NCBI GenBank assembly: GCA_964510165.1
Contig: CAZEBC010000018.1
Location: 1 to 36,595, forward strand
Direction: 5' to 3'
DNA from: an uncultured bacterium
GTDB taxonomy: Bacteria; Abyssobacteria; SURF-5
Length of the DNA stretch: 36,595 nt
A model generated the notes under the pieces. It was not told where the DNA came from, ran no database searches, and saw only the letters and a list, made by a program, of their open reading frames with translations. A program made the translations under genes and the position numbers. Positions within the stretch are counted from its first letter, which is position 1. Every line of letters begins with the position of its first letter. This document shows, in pieces, positions 25,654 through 36,175 of the stretch.

Positions 25654-27231
25654 TCAATGCTTGAAATGACGCATGCCCGTGAATATCATGGCCATCCCGT
25701 GCTCGTTTGCCGCTGCGATGACCTCGTCGTCTTTCTTCGAGCCGCCCGGCTCGATTATCGCCGTGATGCCCGCCTGCGCCGCAGTGTCAACCCCGTCGCG
25801 GAACGGGAAGAACGCGTCCGAACCGCATACCCCGCCCCGGGCGCGGCCATCCGCCTTGTGTGCCGCGATCATGCTCGAGTCGACCCGGCTCATCTGGCCC
25901 GCCCCCACTCCATAGACCGTCAGGTCCTTCGCGTAAACGATGGCGTTCGACTTGACATGTTTGCAGATGACCCACGCGAACAGAAGGTCCTGCATCTCCT
26001 TCTCGGTGGGCGCTCGCTTGGTGACCACCTTGAATTGCGACTTGTCATACGTCGCCGTGTCGAAATCCTGCATGAGCAGGCCGCCGACCACGCGCCGCAT
26101 GTTCGGCAGGCCGTCGCGCCGCCCGGTCAACTCGCCCGTCACCAGCACTCTCAGGCTTTCGCCCCACCACTGCGACTTCTTGAGTATCTCGAGCGCGTCG
26201 TCATCAACAGAGGGCGCGATGATCGCCTCGATAAATGTCTTCGGCTGAGCCATCAGTTCCGCCGTCTTTCGGTCTATCCGACGGTTGACGCCGACAATGC
26301 TCCCGAATGCCGACACAGGGTCTCCCTGCAATGCGCGCGAGTACGCCTCGACAATATTCTTTCCCACACCTGCGCCGCATGGGTTCGTGTGCTTGATTAT
26401 CACGGCGGCAGGCTCTTTGAAGTCCTTCACGATCTCGATCGCGGCGTCCAGATCAAGGATGTTGTTGTATGAAAGCGTCTTGCCGTGAACTATCTTCGCC
26501 GTCGAAACGCTCGGCTCCTTCGCAGCCGGGTCAATGTAGAAGGCCGCCGTTTGATGCGGGTTCTCGCCGTATCTCAGGTCGGCCGCCTTCCTGAAGGCAA
26601 GGTTAAAGGTCTTCGGAAACTTCTCCTTCTCCCCTATCTGTTCGCGCGCAAGGTAATCCGCAATCGCGCGGTCATACGTGGCCGTATGCTCGAACACCTC
26701 GCACGCAAGCTCAAATCTCAATGCGTCCGACACCCATCCGCCGTTCTTCCTGAGTTCCTCTATTATCTGCGGGTAGCGGGCCGGATTCACAACCACGGTC
26801 ACATACTTGTAGTTCTTGGACGCCGCCCTCAGCATCGTCGGCCCGCCGATGTCAATCTGCTCGACGGCGTCATCGAGCCTGATGCCCTCCTTGCTGATCG
26901 TCTCGCGGAATGGATACAGGTTCACGACTACCATGTCGATAAGCTCAATCCCGTGCCGATCGACCTCCTGCACATGCTCCAGGTTGTCCCTGATCGCCAA
27001 AAGTCCCGCATGAATCTTGGGGTGGAGCGTCTTGACGCGTCCGTCCATCATCTCGGGAAACCCCGTGTAATCGGAAACCGAGCGCACCGGTATGCCGGCC
27101 TCATCAAGCGCCTTCTGAGTGCCTCCCGTCGAAAGTATCTCGACACCCATCTCGTGGAGGCATTTGGCAAGCTCGACAATTCCCGTCTTGTTCGAGACGC
27201 TCAACAACGCGCGCTGTATCTTATTGGGCAT
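25654..27231 (-). CDS. purH: Bifunctional AICAR transformylase / IMP cyclohydrolase
   Basis: [60 protein letters not shown]. Confidence 0.97.
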   Translation of the reverse strand: MPNKIQRALLSVSNKTGIVELAKCLHEMGVEILSTGGTQKALDEAGIPVRSVSDYTGFPEMMDGRVKTLHPKIHAGLLAIRDNLEHVQEVDRHGIELIDMVVVNLYPFRETISKEGIRLDDAVEQIDIGGPTMLRAASKNYKYVTVVVNPARYPQIIEELRKNGGWVSDALRFELACEVFEHTATYDRAIADYLAREQIGEKEKFPKTFNLAFRKAADLRYGENPHQTAAFYIDPAAKEPSVSTAKIVHGKTLSYNNILDLDAAIEIVKDFKEPAAVIIKHTNPCGAGVGKNIVEAYSRALQGDPVSAFGSIVGVNRRIDRKTAELMAQPKTFIEAIIAPSVDDDALEILKKSQWWGESLRVLVTGELTGRRDGLPNMRRVVGGLLMQDFDTATYDKSQFKVVTKRAPTEKEMQDLLFAWVICKHVKSNAIVYAKDLTVYGVGAGQMSRVDSSMIAAHKADGRARGGVCGSDAFFPFRDGVDTAAQAGITAIIEPGGSKKDDEVIAAANEHGMAMIFTGMRHFKH

Positions 27232-27258
27232 GATCTCTCCTGGATTCTCTTCTTCTGG

Positions 27259-27286
27259 GTACGGGCCCGGCGTGCCGCGCCCGCAA
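27259..27286 (+). repeat. Degenerate GTAG-like REP
   Basis: GTACGGGCCCGGCGTGCCGCGCCCGCAA: GGGC..CGGC-GT-GCCG..GCCC hairpin in the purQ-purH spacer. Confidence 0.4.
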
Positions 27287-27307
27287 GATTCGTCCTTCGG
27301 GAAATGA

Positions 27308-28102
27308 CTACAGATTCTGCTTGACGTACTTCACTGCGTTGCGGAATACCGCCACGCCCATCCCCTCGCGCGGCACTCGTTCGCGGGTCCAGCGCGGATG
27401 ATTCGTCGGAAACAGATACGCCTCAGGATGCGGCATCAGTCCGAAAATCCTTCCGCTCGTATCGCAGATGCCCGCAATGTTGTCCTGGGACCCATTCGGG
27501 TTGTGCGGATATCCGCCCAAGCGCCCTTCTGCATCAACATATCGAACAACTACGTGGCCTCGGTCATGCAACTGCCGCAGCGTTTCCGCATCCTTGGCCA
27601 CAAGCTTGCCCTCGCCATGGCGAATCGGCAGGTACATTCTATCAATCCCTTTTGTGAAAATGCAACGTGATTCCGGGTTCACCGCGAGATAGACCCAGCG
27701 GTCCTCGAACTTGTTCGAGTCGTTATACGTGACCGTGACCTGCTGTTCTTCGTAATTGCCGCCGATCGCAGGCAGAAACCCCATCTTCACTAACACCTGA
27801 AATCCGTTGCAGATGCCGATGATCAGCTTGCCGTCCGCGATGAACCGCGCAAACTGCTCGCGCAGATGATGCCGAAGTTTGTTCGCGAGCACTTTGCCCG
27901 CCGCGATGTCATCCCCGTACGAGAAGCCCCCGGGGATGGCCACTATGTCAAACTCATCGAGCGAGCGACCGTTCGAGAGCGTGAGGTCGTTCACGTGCAC
28001 GCGCTCGGCCCTGCCGCCGACGCCTTTCATATTGAAGGCATACTCGGTCTCGTAATCGCAGTTGATCCCGTAACCCGTCAGTATCAAGACTCGTGGCTTC
28101 AT
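27308..28102 (-). CDS. purQ: FGAM synthase glutaminase subunit
   Basis: GINCD.ET, PGGFSYGD, GICNGFQVL, HGEGK, NPNGS, GLMPHPE. Confidence 0.96.
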   Translation of the reverse strand: MKPRVLILTGYGINCDYETEYAFNMKGVGGRAERVHVNDLTLSNGRSLDEFDIVAIPGGFSYGDDIAAGKVLANKLRHHLREQFARFIADGKLIIGICNGFQVLVKMGFLPAIGGNYEEQQVTVTYNDSNKFEDRWVYLAVNPESRCIFTKGIDRMYLPIRHGEGKLVAKDAETLRQLHDRGHVVVRYVDAEGRLGGYPHNPNGSQDNIAGICDTSGRIFGLMPHPEAYLFPTNHPRWTRERVPREGMGVAVFRNAVKYVKQNL

Positions 28103-28163
28103 TTTATCATCATGAAGACCTATCTAACCGTCATGTCAACCACCATGACATCCATTAACTATC

Positions 28164-31145
28164 CTACCAGTCAAGAGGCTTCTGCCACGCCTTCTTGAGT
28201 TCGAATATGTCGGCGGATACCAGCTCACTCTTGCCTTCTCTCATCAACAGAACCGGCAGTTCCGTCACCTTCCCCACTCTGGCGCACGGAACGCCCTCCA
28301 TAATCCGCTCGAATTCCTTCGATTTCCTCGGGGCAACCGTCACGACAAACCGGCTCTGCGATTCCGAAAACAGCAGATAATCGGCCCGCAACTCCTCCCC
28401 ACGCGGAACAGCCGAAACATCCACCGATATCCCCAGCCCCCCCGCGAACGCAGTCTCCGCCAGCGCAACGCCAAGCCCGCCGTCGGAACAGTCATGACAC
28501 GACGCGACCAGCTTCCTCTCCATCGCCTCGGCAAGCGCCTGATAAGTCTTTCGCGCCATTTCCGCATCCACCTTCGGCACGGTGTTTCCAACAAATCCGT
28601 GCTGCGCGAAGTATTCGCTCCCCCCGAGTTCGTTCCTGGTGAGGCCCATCACGTACACATAATCGCCCGCCTTCTTCGCGTCCATCGAGACCGCCTTGCG
28701 CACATCGTCCATCCGGCCCATCACCGAAAACAGCAGCGTCGGCGGCACCGAAATCTTCACGCCGCCGATCATGTAATCGTTCTTCATGCTGTCCTTGCCC
28801 GAGATGCACGGCAGGTCATACGCGGTGCAAAGATCGTACAGCGCCATGTTCGCCCGAACAAGCTGCGCCAGCTTGTACTGCCCGTCGGGCGTCTTCTCCG
28901 ACTCGACAGGGTCGGGCCAGCAGAAATTGTCAAGTCCCGCCAGATACCCGAGCCTCCCGCCCACGCTTACCGCATTCCTCACCGCCTCATCAATCGCGCA
29001 GGCGACCATGTGGTAGGTGTCTATATCGCTGTAACGCGGACACAGTCCGCTCGCCACAATAACCCCTTCATACGAATCGTGAATCGGCTTGAGGACGGCG
29101 GCGTCGCCGGGGCCGTCATTATCCGCCCCGACAAACGGCTTAAGCGCGCTCATGCCCTGCACCTCATGGTCATACTGCCGCACGAACGATTCCTTGCTGC
29201 ACACGTTGAGCCGCCCAAGCATCCGCCGAAGCGCCTCGCCATAATCGGCCGGCTCCGGAAAATCCGGTTCCTCACGGCGCGGCGGCGCCCATTTCGCCCG
29301 CAGTTTCATCTCGGGGACGCCGTCGTGGAAGAACTTCATGTCCAGATAGGCCACCGTCTTGTCGCGGTAAAGCACGTGGAACATGCCCGTGTCGGTGAAA
29401 TTCCCGAGCACCGTCGCCTCCACGTCCCGCCTTCGCGCTAGCTCAAGAAACTTCTCGATCTTCTTCGGATCGACCGCGAGCGTCATCCGCTCCTGCGCCT
29501 CAGAAAGCAGAATCTCCCACGGCTGCAAACCTTCGTATTTCAGCGGCGCCTTGTCGAGCCGAAGCTGGCATCCGCCCGAGAGCCTCGCCATCTCGCCAAC
29601 CGACGATGAAAGCCCGCCTGCCCCGTTGTCCGTGATCGCGCGATACAGCCCCAAATCGCGCGCCTCCAAAAGAAAATCCGTCATCTTCTTCTGGGTGATC
29701 GCATCGCCTATCTGCACCGCCGACGTCGGCGATTCGCTATGCAACTCCTCCGATGAAAATGTCGCGCCGTGAATGCCATCCTTGCCGATCCTGCCGCCCG
29801 TCATCACGATGAAATCGCCCGGCATCACGCTCTTGACATGCGCAGGCTCCCCCAGAATCTCCCTAGGCATGATCCCGCCAGTCCCGCAGAATACTAACGG
29901 TTTCCCCACGTAGCGCTCGTCAAACACGATGCTCCCGTTCACATCGGGGATGCCGCTCTGGTTGGCGCCGTCCCTCACGCCACGATGAACTCCCTTGAAT
30001 ATCCTCTTCGGATGCAGAAGCCTCGGCGGAAGCGGTTTCGCGTAATCCGGCGGCGCAAAGCAGAAGGTGTCCACATTGAATATGAGGCGGCAACCCTTGC
30101 CTGTGCCGAACGGGTCGCGATTCACCCCCACGATGCCCGTTACCGCGCCGCCGTAAGGGTCGAGCGCGGACGGACTGTTATGCGTCTCCACCTTCATCAC
30201 GAGGTTCCACCCGTCGTTGAAACGGATCACGCCCGCGTTGTCGTGGAACACCGACACCAGCCACGGCACGCGCTCGGATATCTCATCCGTCGCCCGCTTG
30301 ATATACGTCTTGAACAAACTTCGTATCGGCAGCCGGCGCCCACTCTCGTCCTCATACTCGATGGAAGCGTTGAATATCTTGTGCTTGCAGTGCTCGGACC
30401 ATGTCTGCGCGATCGCCTCAAGTTCCACGTCGGTCGGCCTCTCGTCAAGTTCCACAAGCGCCCGATCCTTCGCCGTCGCCTCGCGATGGAAATAATCCCG
30501 AATCTCGCGCATCTCCTCCAGACTCAGCGAAAGGATGCCCTCGCGGCTGATGCGGAGCAGTTCTTCATCCGGAACATCGAGGTCGAACCTCTTGACCACG
30601 ATCTCCTCGCGCTTCCCCGCAATCGGAAGCGGAAGCGATATCCCGTTGTTCCGCTTGAACTCCTCGAAATCGGCCACCCGCCATTGCTCGATAAGCCCGT
30701 TCGCAAGCAGTTTCTCCGCGATCGTCTCGGCCTGCTCCCGGCCAATGCCCCCCTTGATCACATACTGCTTCGAGGTGAATACGCTGCACTCGCCGATGTT
30801 CTCGCCGAAAATGTCAATGATGGCCTCACGCGAGGTCTTCCCTACGTTGTCCGTCACGCCCGGCTTGAACCCTATCTCGATCGCCCACGCGAATGTGTCC
30901 GCAAGCGGCGCGTCAGACGGCTCGGCCCGCAGCCTCGAGACCTCGATGATCGGGTCGGTGAACAGGGCGGTCCTCAGTCTCTCAACGTCGACTCGGGCGA
31001 GCCTCGTCAGAATGGTGTACACCCGAATCACCCGCACGTCGTCAACGGCGATATGCAGGTCTTCGATGATGTTCTTCTTGACGGATTCTCCGGCGGCGTC
31101 CAAAAGCTCAGGCCGAAGCCCAACCTCAATCCTATATGTGTTCAT
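28164..31145 (-). CDS. purL: FGAM synthase subunit PurL with N-terminal PurS-like domains (about 993 aa)
   Basis: QTWSEHCKHK, KVETHNSPSALDPYGGA, DNGAGGLSSS, SEAQERM, QYDHEV, ISGKDSM, HDCSDGG. The N-terminus has two PurS-like repeats (IEVGLRPELLD; IEIGFKPGVTDNVG). ATG at 31145. Confidence 0.95.
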   Translation of the reverse strand: MNTYRIEVGLRPELLDAAGESVKKNIIEDLHIAVDDVRVIRVYTILTRLARVDVERLRTALFTDPIIEVSRLRAEPSDAPLADTFAWAIEIGFKPGVTDNVGKTSREAIIDIFGENIGECSVFTSKQYVIKGGIGREQAETIAEKLLANGLIEQWRVADFEEFKRNNGISLPLPIAGKREEIVVKRFDLDVPDEELLRISREGILSLSLEEMREIRDYFHREATAKDRALVELDERPTDVELEAIAQTWSEHCKHKIFNASIEYEDESGRRLPIRSLFKTYIKRATDEISERVPWLVSVFHDNAGVIRFNDGWNLVMKVETHNSPSALDPYGGAVTGIVGVNRDPFGTGKGCRLIFNVDTFCFAPPDYAKPLPPRLLHPKRIFKGVHRGVRDGANQSGIPDVNGSIVFDERYVGKPLVFCGTGGIMPREILGEPAHVKSVMPGDFIVMTGGRIGKDGIHGATFSSEELHSESPTSAVQIGDAITQKKMTDFLLEARDLGLYRAITDNGAGGLSSSVGEMARLSGGCQLRLDKAPLKYEGLQPWEILLSEAQERMTLAVDPKKIEKFLELARRRDVEATVLGNFTDTGMFHVLYRDKTVAYLDMKFFHDGVPEMKLRAKWAPPRREEPDFPEPADYGEALRRMLGRLNVCSKESFVRQYDHEVQGMSALKPFVGADNDGPGDAAVLKPIHDSYEGVIVASGLCPRYSDIDTYHMVACAIDEAVRNAVSVGGRLGYLAGLDNFCWPDPVESEKTPDGQYKLAQLVRANMALYDLCTAYDLPCISGKDSMKNDYMIGGVKISVPPTLLFSVMGRMDDVRKAVSMDAKKAGDYVYVMGLTRNELGGSEYFAQHGFVGNTVPKVDAEMARKTYQALAEAMERKLVASCHDCSDGGLGVALAETAFAGGLGISVDVSAVPRGEELRADYLLFSESQSRFVVTVAPRKSKEFERIMEGVPCARVGKVTELPVLLMREGKSELVSADIFELKKAWQKPLDW

Positions 31146-31181
31146 GATCTTCCAAAATGTATTCCGCCGCAAAACCCTGCT

Positions 31182-31278
31182 TCATTGCGACCACGCCTTG
31201 GCGTGGCGCGCCTCGCGAGATGACGAAGCAATCCCGATACGGCGCGGGGTCGGGGCTTTGCCCCTTCCTCGCAATGAC
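31182..31278. repeat. CGTC-family palindromic element with a nested palindrome
   Basis: TCATTGCGA...GAAGCAATCC...CTCGCAATGAC terminal inverted repeats, with internal CCACGCCTTGGCGTGG. Confidence 0.65.
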
Positions 31279-31325
31279 CAGAAAAACGGGGACATGATGC
31301 TTCATCGTGTCCCCGCTTTTCTGGT
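31277..31325 (-). terminator. Long hairpin, probable intrinsic terminator after purM
   Basis: Minus strand ACCAGAAAAGCGGGGACACGATG-AAG-CATCATGTCCCCG-TTTTTCTGGT; A/T tracts on both sides suggest it may be bidirectional. Confidence 0.6.
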
Positions 31326-31380
31326 GTTCCTTTGCGCTCTTTGCGTACTTGCGGTCTAATGATCTCTAACGTGGTCCCGA

Positions 31381-32418
31381 TCATTCCACATATCTCACAA
31401 CACCCGTCCCGCGAATGATCCGCCCAATGCGCCAAGGCTCCTCCCCCTCATCGGCAAGGCCTTCCAGCGCCTTCGCTTCATCAGCGGGCGAAACGACCAT
31501 GACCATCCCCACGCCCATGTTGAATGTCCTCAGCATCTCATCCCGCGCGATATTCCCCTCCCGCCGGATCAACTCGAAGATCGGAAGCGGTCGCCAGCTC
31601 TTCAGGTCAATCTCCGCGTCGAGCGTCTTCGGAAGGATGCGGGGAATGTTGTCGGTCAGTCCGCCGCCGGTCATGTGAGCCATGCCGCGAACCCCAACAT
31701 GCTTCATCAGCCTGTGGACCGGTTTCGCATAACATTTGTGGGGGGTGAGAAGTTCATCGGCAAGTGTCCTTCCCAGCATATCAACGTGCTGATCGAGCTT
31801 GTATCTCTTTGAATCAAATAGCAGCCTTCGGACAAGCGAATAACCGTTCGTGTGTAGTCCGGAGGATTTCAGCGCGATTATCGAATCGCCCTCCACTATC
31901 TTTGCTCCGTCAATAACCTTCCCCTTCTCGACCACGCCGATGATCATGCCGGCAAGATCATATTCCCCGGCCTTGTAGAAATCCGGCATCTCCGCCGTCT
32001 CGCCGCCTATCAGCGAGCAGCCCGCCAACCGGCAGCCCTCCGCCAAACCCGCCACCACCTGTTCCGCAATGTCAACGTCGAGTTTGCCCAGCGCAAGGTA
32101 ATCGAGAAAGAAGAGAGGCTCCGCTCCCTGCATCAGGATATCGTTCACACAGTGCGACACAATGTCTATGCCGACCGTGTTGTGGCGTCCCGTCGCAAAC
32201 GCGATCTTCAGCTTCGTGCCCACGCCGTCAACGCTCGCAACGAGCACCGGCTCGCGGTATCGCGTCGTGTCCAGCTTGAACAGCCCGCCGAACAGGCCGA
32301 TGTCCTGCAACACCCCCGCCGAGAAGGTCCCTCGTACGAGCGGCTTTATCCTTCGCTTCAACTCGGTGGCCGCGTCAATGTCGACCCCCGCCTCTTTATA
32401 GGTGAAGCCGTCCGCCAT
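31381..32418 (-). CDS. purM: Phosphoribosylformylglycinamidine cyclo-ligase (AIR synthase)
   Basis: TYKEAGVDI, DGVGTKL, GAEPLFFLDY, GGETAEMP, SSGLHTNGYSL, TFNMGVG. Confidence 0.97.
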   Translation of the reverse strand: MADGFTYKEAGVDIDAATELKRRIKPLVRGTFSAGVLQDIGLFGGLFKLDTTRYREPVLVASVDGVGTKLKIAFATGRHNTVGIDIVSHCVNDILMQGAEPLFFLDYLALGKLDVDIAEQVVAGLAEGCRLAGCSLIGGETAEMPDFYKAGEYDLAGMIIGVVEKGKVIDGAKIVEGDSIIALKSSGLHTNGYSLVRRLLFDSKRYKLDQHVDMLGRTLADELLTPHKCYAKPVHRLMKHVGVRGMAHMTGGGLTDNIPRILPKTLDAEIDLKSWRPLPIFELIRREGNIARDEMLRTFNMGVGMVMVVSPADEAKALEGLADEGEEPWRIGRIIRGTGVVRYVE

Positions 32419-32420
32419 CG

Positions 32421-33878
32421 CTATGCCCTGACCTTTGCGGAACGCCTGTGGTCATAATAGAATTTGTCGAAATCGACCGCCAGGCTGATGGGGTATTCGC
32501 CCGAGAAACACGCCAGACAATAGTCCTCGCGCTTTCCTCCCGCCGCGTTCACAAGCCCCTCGACGCTCAGATAATGCAAAGTGTCAACCCGAAGATACTT
32601 CCGTATCTCCTCAAGATTATGCGTCGAGGCGATCAGTTCCTTGCGCGTCGGCGTGTCTATCCCGTAAAAACATGGGTGGGTGATCCGAGGAGAACTGATG
32701 CGCATGTGGATTTCCTTCGCGCCCGCGTTGCGGATCATCTTCACGATCTTCCGGCTCGTCGTCCCGCGTACAATCGAATCGTCCACCACGACCACCCGCT
32801 TCCCCTGCAACGCCGTCTGAAGCGGATTGTACTTTATCTTCGCGCCAAAATCGCGAATCGTCTGCGACGGCTCGATGAACGTCCGCCCAATGTAATGGTT
32901 CCGGATCAGACCCATTACGAACGGTATCCCCGATTCGTGCGAATAGCCGACGGCCGCCGCATTCGATGAGTCGGGCACCGGCAGCACCAGATCTGCCTCC
33001 ACCGGCGCCTCGCGGTACAACATGCCGCCCAGCCTGTGCCTCACCCGCTCCACGTCCCGCCCGAAAATCATGCTGTCGGGCCGCGCGAAATATATCAATT
33101 CGAAGATGCAAAGCCCCGTCTTCGCAAGCCGAGGACCTAATGAATACGAGTGCGCTCCCGCCCGGTTTATCACAAGCATCTCGCCCGGCTCGACATCGCG
33201 AACGTACTTGGCGTCCACTATGTCGAACGCGCAGCTCTCCGAAGCCACCACGAACGCCCCCTTCAACTTCCCCAGGCACAACGGCCTGAAACCAAGCGGA
33301 TCACGCACCGCAATCAGGTTCTCAGGGTCCACAACCACGATCGAGTATGCGCCCTGCACGCGCGTCAATGCCTCCGTAAGCGAATTGCGCAACAGCTTCT
33401 TCTTCGAACGAGCCACCAGATGGATGATGACCTCGCTGTCGCTCGTTGACTGAAAGATCGAGCCGCGACCCTCCAGGTCCGTCCTCAGCACCCGCGCGTT
33501 CACCAGATTGCCGTTGTGCGCAATCGCAAGCGGGCCTCGCGCATAATCCACCAGCAGCGGCTGCGCGTTCTTCAACAAGCTCGACCCCGACGTCGAATAG
33601 CGCACATGCCCGATCGCCACGTCGCCGACAAGGCCCTCAAGCACGTCCTTCTTGAACACGTCATACACGTGACCCATCTCGCGATAACCGTACAGACGGC
33701 CTTCGCTGCATGAAACGATGCCGGCGCTCTCCTGCCCCCGATGTTGCAGCGCGTACAATCCCAAATACGTGATCTTGGCGGCCTCAGGATGACCGAACAC
33801 CCCGAAAATGCCGCACTCATGCTTCATGAAATCGGCCTCGCGCAAGGCATGCCCGCAAGAATGACCGCAGTCGCGCAT
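32421..33878 (-). CDS. purF: Amidophosphoribosyltransferase (Fe-S, propeptide type)
   Basis: ECGIFG nucleophile Cys, LQHRGQESAG, GHVRYST, VVVDDSIVRGTT, and Fe-S cysteines (CIFE, PCFYG, CLAC). Start is ATG 33878 or 33827. Confidence 0.96.
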   Translation of the reverse strand: MRDCGHSCGHALREADFMKHECGIFGVFGHPEAAKITYLGLYALQHRGQESAGIVSCSEGRLYGYREMGHVYDVFKKDVLEGLVGDVAIGHVRYSTSGSSLLKNAQPLLVDYARGPLAIAHNGNLVNARVLRTDLEGRGSIFQSTSDSEVIIHLVARSKKKLLRNSLTEALTRVQGAYSIVVVDPENLIAVRDPLGFRPLCLGKLKGAFVVASESCAFDIVDAKYVRDVEPGEMLVINRAGAHSYSLGPRLAKTGLCIFELIYFARPDSMIFGRDVERVRHRLGGMLYREAPVEADLVLPVPDSSNAAAVGYSHESGIPFVMGLIRNHYIGRTFIEPSQTIRDFGAKIKYNPLQTALQGKRVVVVDDSIVRGTTSRKIVKMIRNAGAKEIHMRISSPRITHPCFYGIDTPTRKELIASTHNLEEIRKYLRVDTLHYLSVEGLVNAAGGKREDYCLACFSGEYPISLAVDFDKFYYDHRRSAKVRA

Positions 33879-33883
33879 AAGTA

Positions 33884-34774
33884 TCAGAGGTCCTTCCCGG
33901 TTATCAGCCGATAAGCCTGCTTGTATTTCGCCTCGGTCCCCCGAATCACTTCCGGCGGAAGCGGCGGAGCCGGCGGCGTCTTGTCCCAATCTATCGTCTC
34001 CAGATAGTCCCGCACATACTGTTTGTCGAAATTGGTCTGCGGCTTGCCCGCCTCGTAACTCTCCGCAAGCCAATACCGCGACGAGTCCGGCGTGAGCAAC
34101 TCGTCAATAATAATGGTCTCGCCGTCAACCTCCCCAAACTCGAACTTCGTGTCCGACAAAATGAGCCCGCGCGACGCGGCGTATTCGCTCGCGGCCACAA
34201 ATATTGCAAGGCTCTTCTCCTCCAACAACCGCGCCTTCTTCTCACCAATGAGCCTCGCCATTTCCTTGAAAGAAATGTTGATGTCGTGCCCCGACTCAGC
34301 CTTCGTTGCCGGCGTGAAAATCGGTTCCGGCAACCTCTCCGATTCCCTCAAGCCGGCCGGAAGCGCGATCCCGCATACCGACCCGCTCTGACGGTACTCC
34401 TTCACCGCCGACCCCGCAAGATATCCGCGCACCACGCACTCCACCGGATAAGGCTTTGTCTTCTTGACCAGCATCGACCTCCCGCGCAAAACGTCGCCGT
34501 AAGGCTTCGTCACCGCAGGAAACTCGTCAACCTCCGTCGTTATCACGTGATTGGGAACAATGCGCCGCGTGAAATCGAACCAGAACCTGGAAAGGCCCGT
34601 CAGCACTTTTCCCTTGTTCGGGATGCCGTCAGGCAATATGCAATCGAACGCCGAGATGCGGTCCGTCGCCACCAGCAATAACTTGCCGTCAACCTCGTAG
34701 ATGTCGCGCACCTTGCCCCGATTAAGCAGCTTCAACCCGTCAAATTCGGTCCTGAGTACTACGTCCGTATTCAT
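33884..34774 (-). CDS. purC: SAICAR synthetase
   Basis: RGKVRDIY, ATDRISAFD, ECVVRGYLAGS, FTPATKAE.GHD.NI, DTKFEFG, DELLTPDSSRYW, FDKQYVRD. ATG at 34774 after a G-rich SD. Confidence 0.97.
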   Translation of the reverse strand: MNTDVVLRTEFDGLKLLNRGKVRDIYEVDGKLLLVATDRISAFDCILPDGIPNKGKVLTGLSRFWFDFTRRIVPNHVITTEVDEFPAVTKPYGDVLRGRSMLVKKTKPYPVECVVRGYLAGSAVKEYRQSGSVCGIALPAGLRESERLPEPIFTPATKAESGHDINISFKEMARLIGEKKARLLEEKSLAIFVAASEYAASRGLILSDTKFEFGEVDGETIIIDELLTPDSSRYWLAESYEAGKPQTNFDKQYVRDYLETIDWDKTPPAPPLPPEVIRGTEAKYKQAYRLITGKDL

Positions 34775-34781
34775 GCCCCCC

Positions 34782-36083
34782 TCATTCATCCTTCAGTCCG
34801 GCCCTCTCAAACAACTCGTCCACAAATCTGAGGTGATGATCGAGACGCAGACAATTGTCAAGCTCCTCCTCCGTCAGATGCGACCGTATCTCCCCATCGG
34901 AAAGCAGCGCCTCGCGGAAATCGGCGCCGTCCTCCCATACCTTCATCGCCGAGCGCTGCACCAGCTTGTATGCCTCCTCCCGCGTCAGCCCTTTCCCCAC
35001 AAGCTCAAGCAATATCCTCTCGGAAAAGATCATCCCCTTCGTCCGTGCCAGATTCTTCAGCATGTTCTCCGGATACACAAGAAGCTTATCAATAATCCCC
35101 GTGAACCGCGCCAGCAGATAATCCACCAGAATGCAGCTATCGGGAATAATCACTCGTTCGACCGATGAATGCGAAATGTCGCGCTCGTGCCACAACGGAA
35201 TGTTCTCCAGCGCCGCCATCGCGTTCGCGCGGACCACCCGCGCAAGCCCCGACACCTGCTCGCATCGGATCGGGTTGCGCTTGTGAGGCATCGCCGACGA
35301 CCCCTTCTGGCCCTTCTCGAAGTATTCTTCCGCCTCCAGGATTTCCGTCCGCTGAAGACTCCGTATCTCCGTCGCAAACTTGTCGAGCGAACTCGCGATG
35401 ATCGCGAGCGTCGTCAGAAACTCGGCGTGACGGTCCCGCTGGATTATCTGCGTCGAAAGCGGCGCCGGCCTGAGCCCAAGCTTCCCGCAGACATATTGCT
35501 CCACCAACGGATCGAGGTTCGCAAACGTGCCGACCGCCCCCGATATCTTGCCAACGCCGATCGTCTCCTTCGCCCTCTGCATGCGCTCCAGGTTGCGGAC
35601 GGTCTCGGCGTGCCACAGCGCCATCTTCAGCCCGAACGTGATAGGCTCGGCATGCACCCCGTGCGAACGACCAATCATCACCGTGTGCTTGTGACCCAGC
35701 GCCTTCTTCTTCAATACGCCCAGCAGCAGCCTCAGATCCTCAATGATGAGGTCGCTCGCCTCGCACAGATTGACCGCAAGCGCCGTATCGAGCATGTCCG
35801 ACGAGGTCAGCCCAAAATGAATGAACCGCGACGCGGGCCCCACGTTCTCCCCCACCGCCGTCAGAAAGGCGATCACGTCGTGCTTGGTGACGTCCTCAAT
35901 CTCCGCCACCCGCTCAGGCGTGCAACGCGCCTTCTCCTGTATCTCTTTCAGCGCGTCCGCCGGGACCTTCCCCAGCTTCGCCCACGCCTCACACGTCAGC
36001 ACCTCAACCCTGAGCCACGTCTTGAGCTTGTGTTCCTCGCTCCAGATCGCCGCCATCCGGGGTCGTGAGTACCTACCGATCAT
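34782..36083 (-). CDS. purB: Adenylosuccinate lyase
   Basis: MIGRYSRP, HDVIAF, HFGLTSSD, GRSHGVHAEP, GSSAMPHKRNP, WHERDISHSSVER. ATG at 36083 with SD GAGG. Confidence 0.97.
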   Translation of the reverse strand: MIGRYSRPRMAAIWSEEHKLKTWLRVEVLTCEAWAKLGKVPADALKEIQEKARCTPERVAEIEDVTKHDVIAFLTAVGENVGPASRFIHFGLTSSDMLDTALAVNLCEASDLIIEDLRLLLGVLKKKALGHKHTVMIGRSHGVHAEPITFGLKMALWHAETVRNLERMQRAKETIGVGKISGAVGTFANLDPLVEQYVCGKLGLRPAPLSTQIIQRDRHAEFLTTLAIIASSLDKFATEIRSLQRTEILEAEEYFEKGQKGSSAMPHKRNPIRCEQVSGLARVVRANAMAALENIPLWHERDISHSSVERVIIPDSCILVDYLLARFTGIIDKLLVYPENMLKNLARTKGMIFSERILLELVGKGLTREEAYKLVQRSAMKVWEDGADFREALLSDGEIRSHLTEEELDNCLRLDHHLRFVDELFERAGLKDE

Positions 36084-36175
36084 CGCCAAGCCTCGCTATC
36101 AGAAAATCGCGCAACGTGCTGTGGGATATTGGGTTTGGAACTTTGAAACGAAGGGCTGAATACATGTACAGATGT

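Noticed and set aside
28103-28163. Internal promoter or operator between purL and purQ (TTGACA on the minus strand; ATGTCA-N7-TGACAT)
   Set aside because: No -10 at the proper spacing, and the palindrome is too short to support a call alone.
29985-31223. Long antisense ORFs (also 3498-4610, 14913-15923, 20021-21115, 22737-23762, 28494-29441, 35169-36068)
   Set aside because: Shadow frames of well-supported genes, as expected from high-GC codon bias; no family motifs.
36084-36175. Purine, ZTP or PRPP riboswitch in the purB leader
   Set aside because: The leader is only about 85 nt, with no recognisable aptamer consensus and no terminator hairpin.
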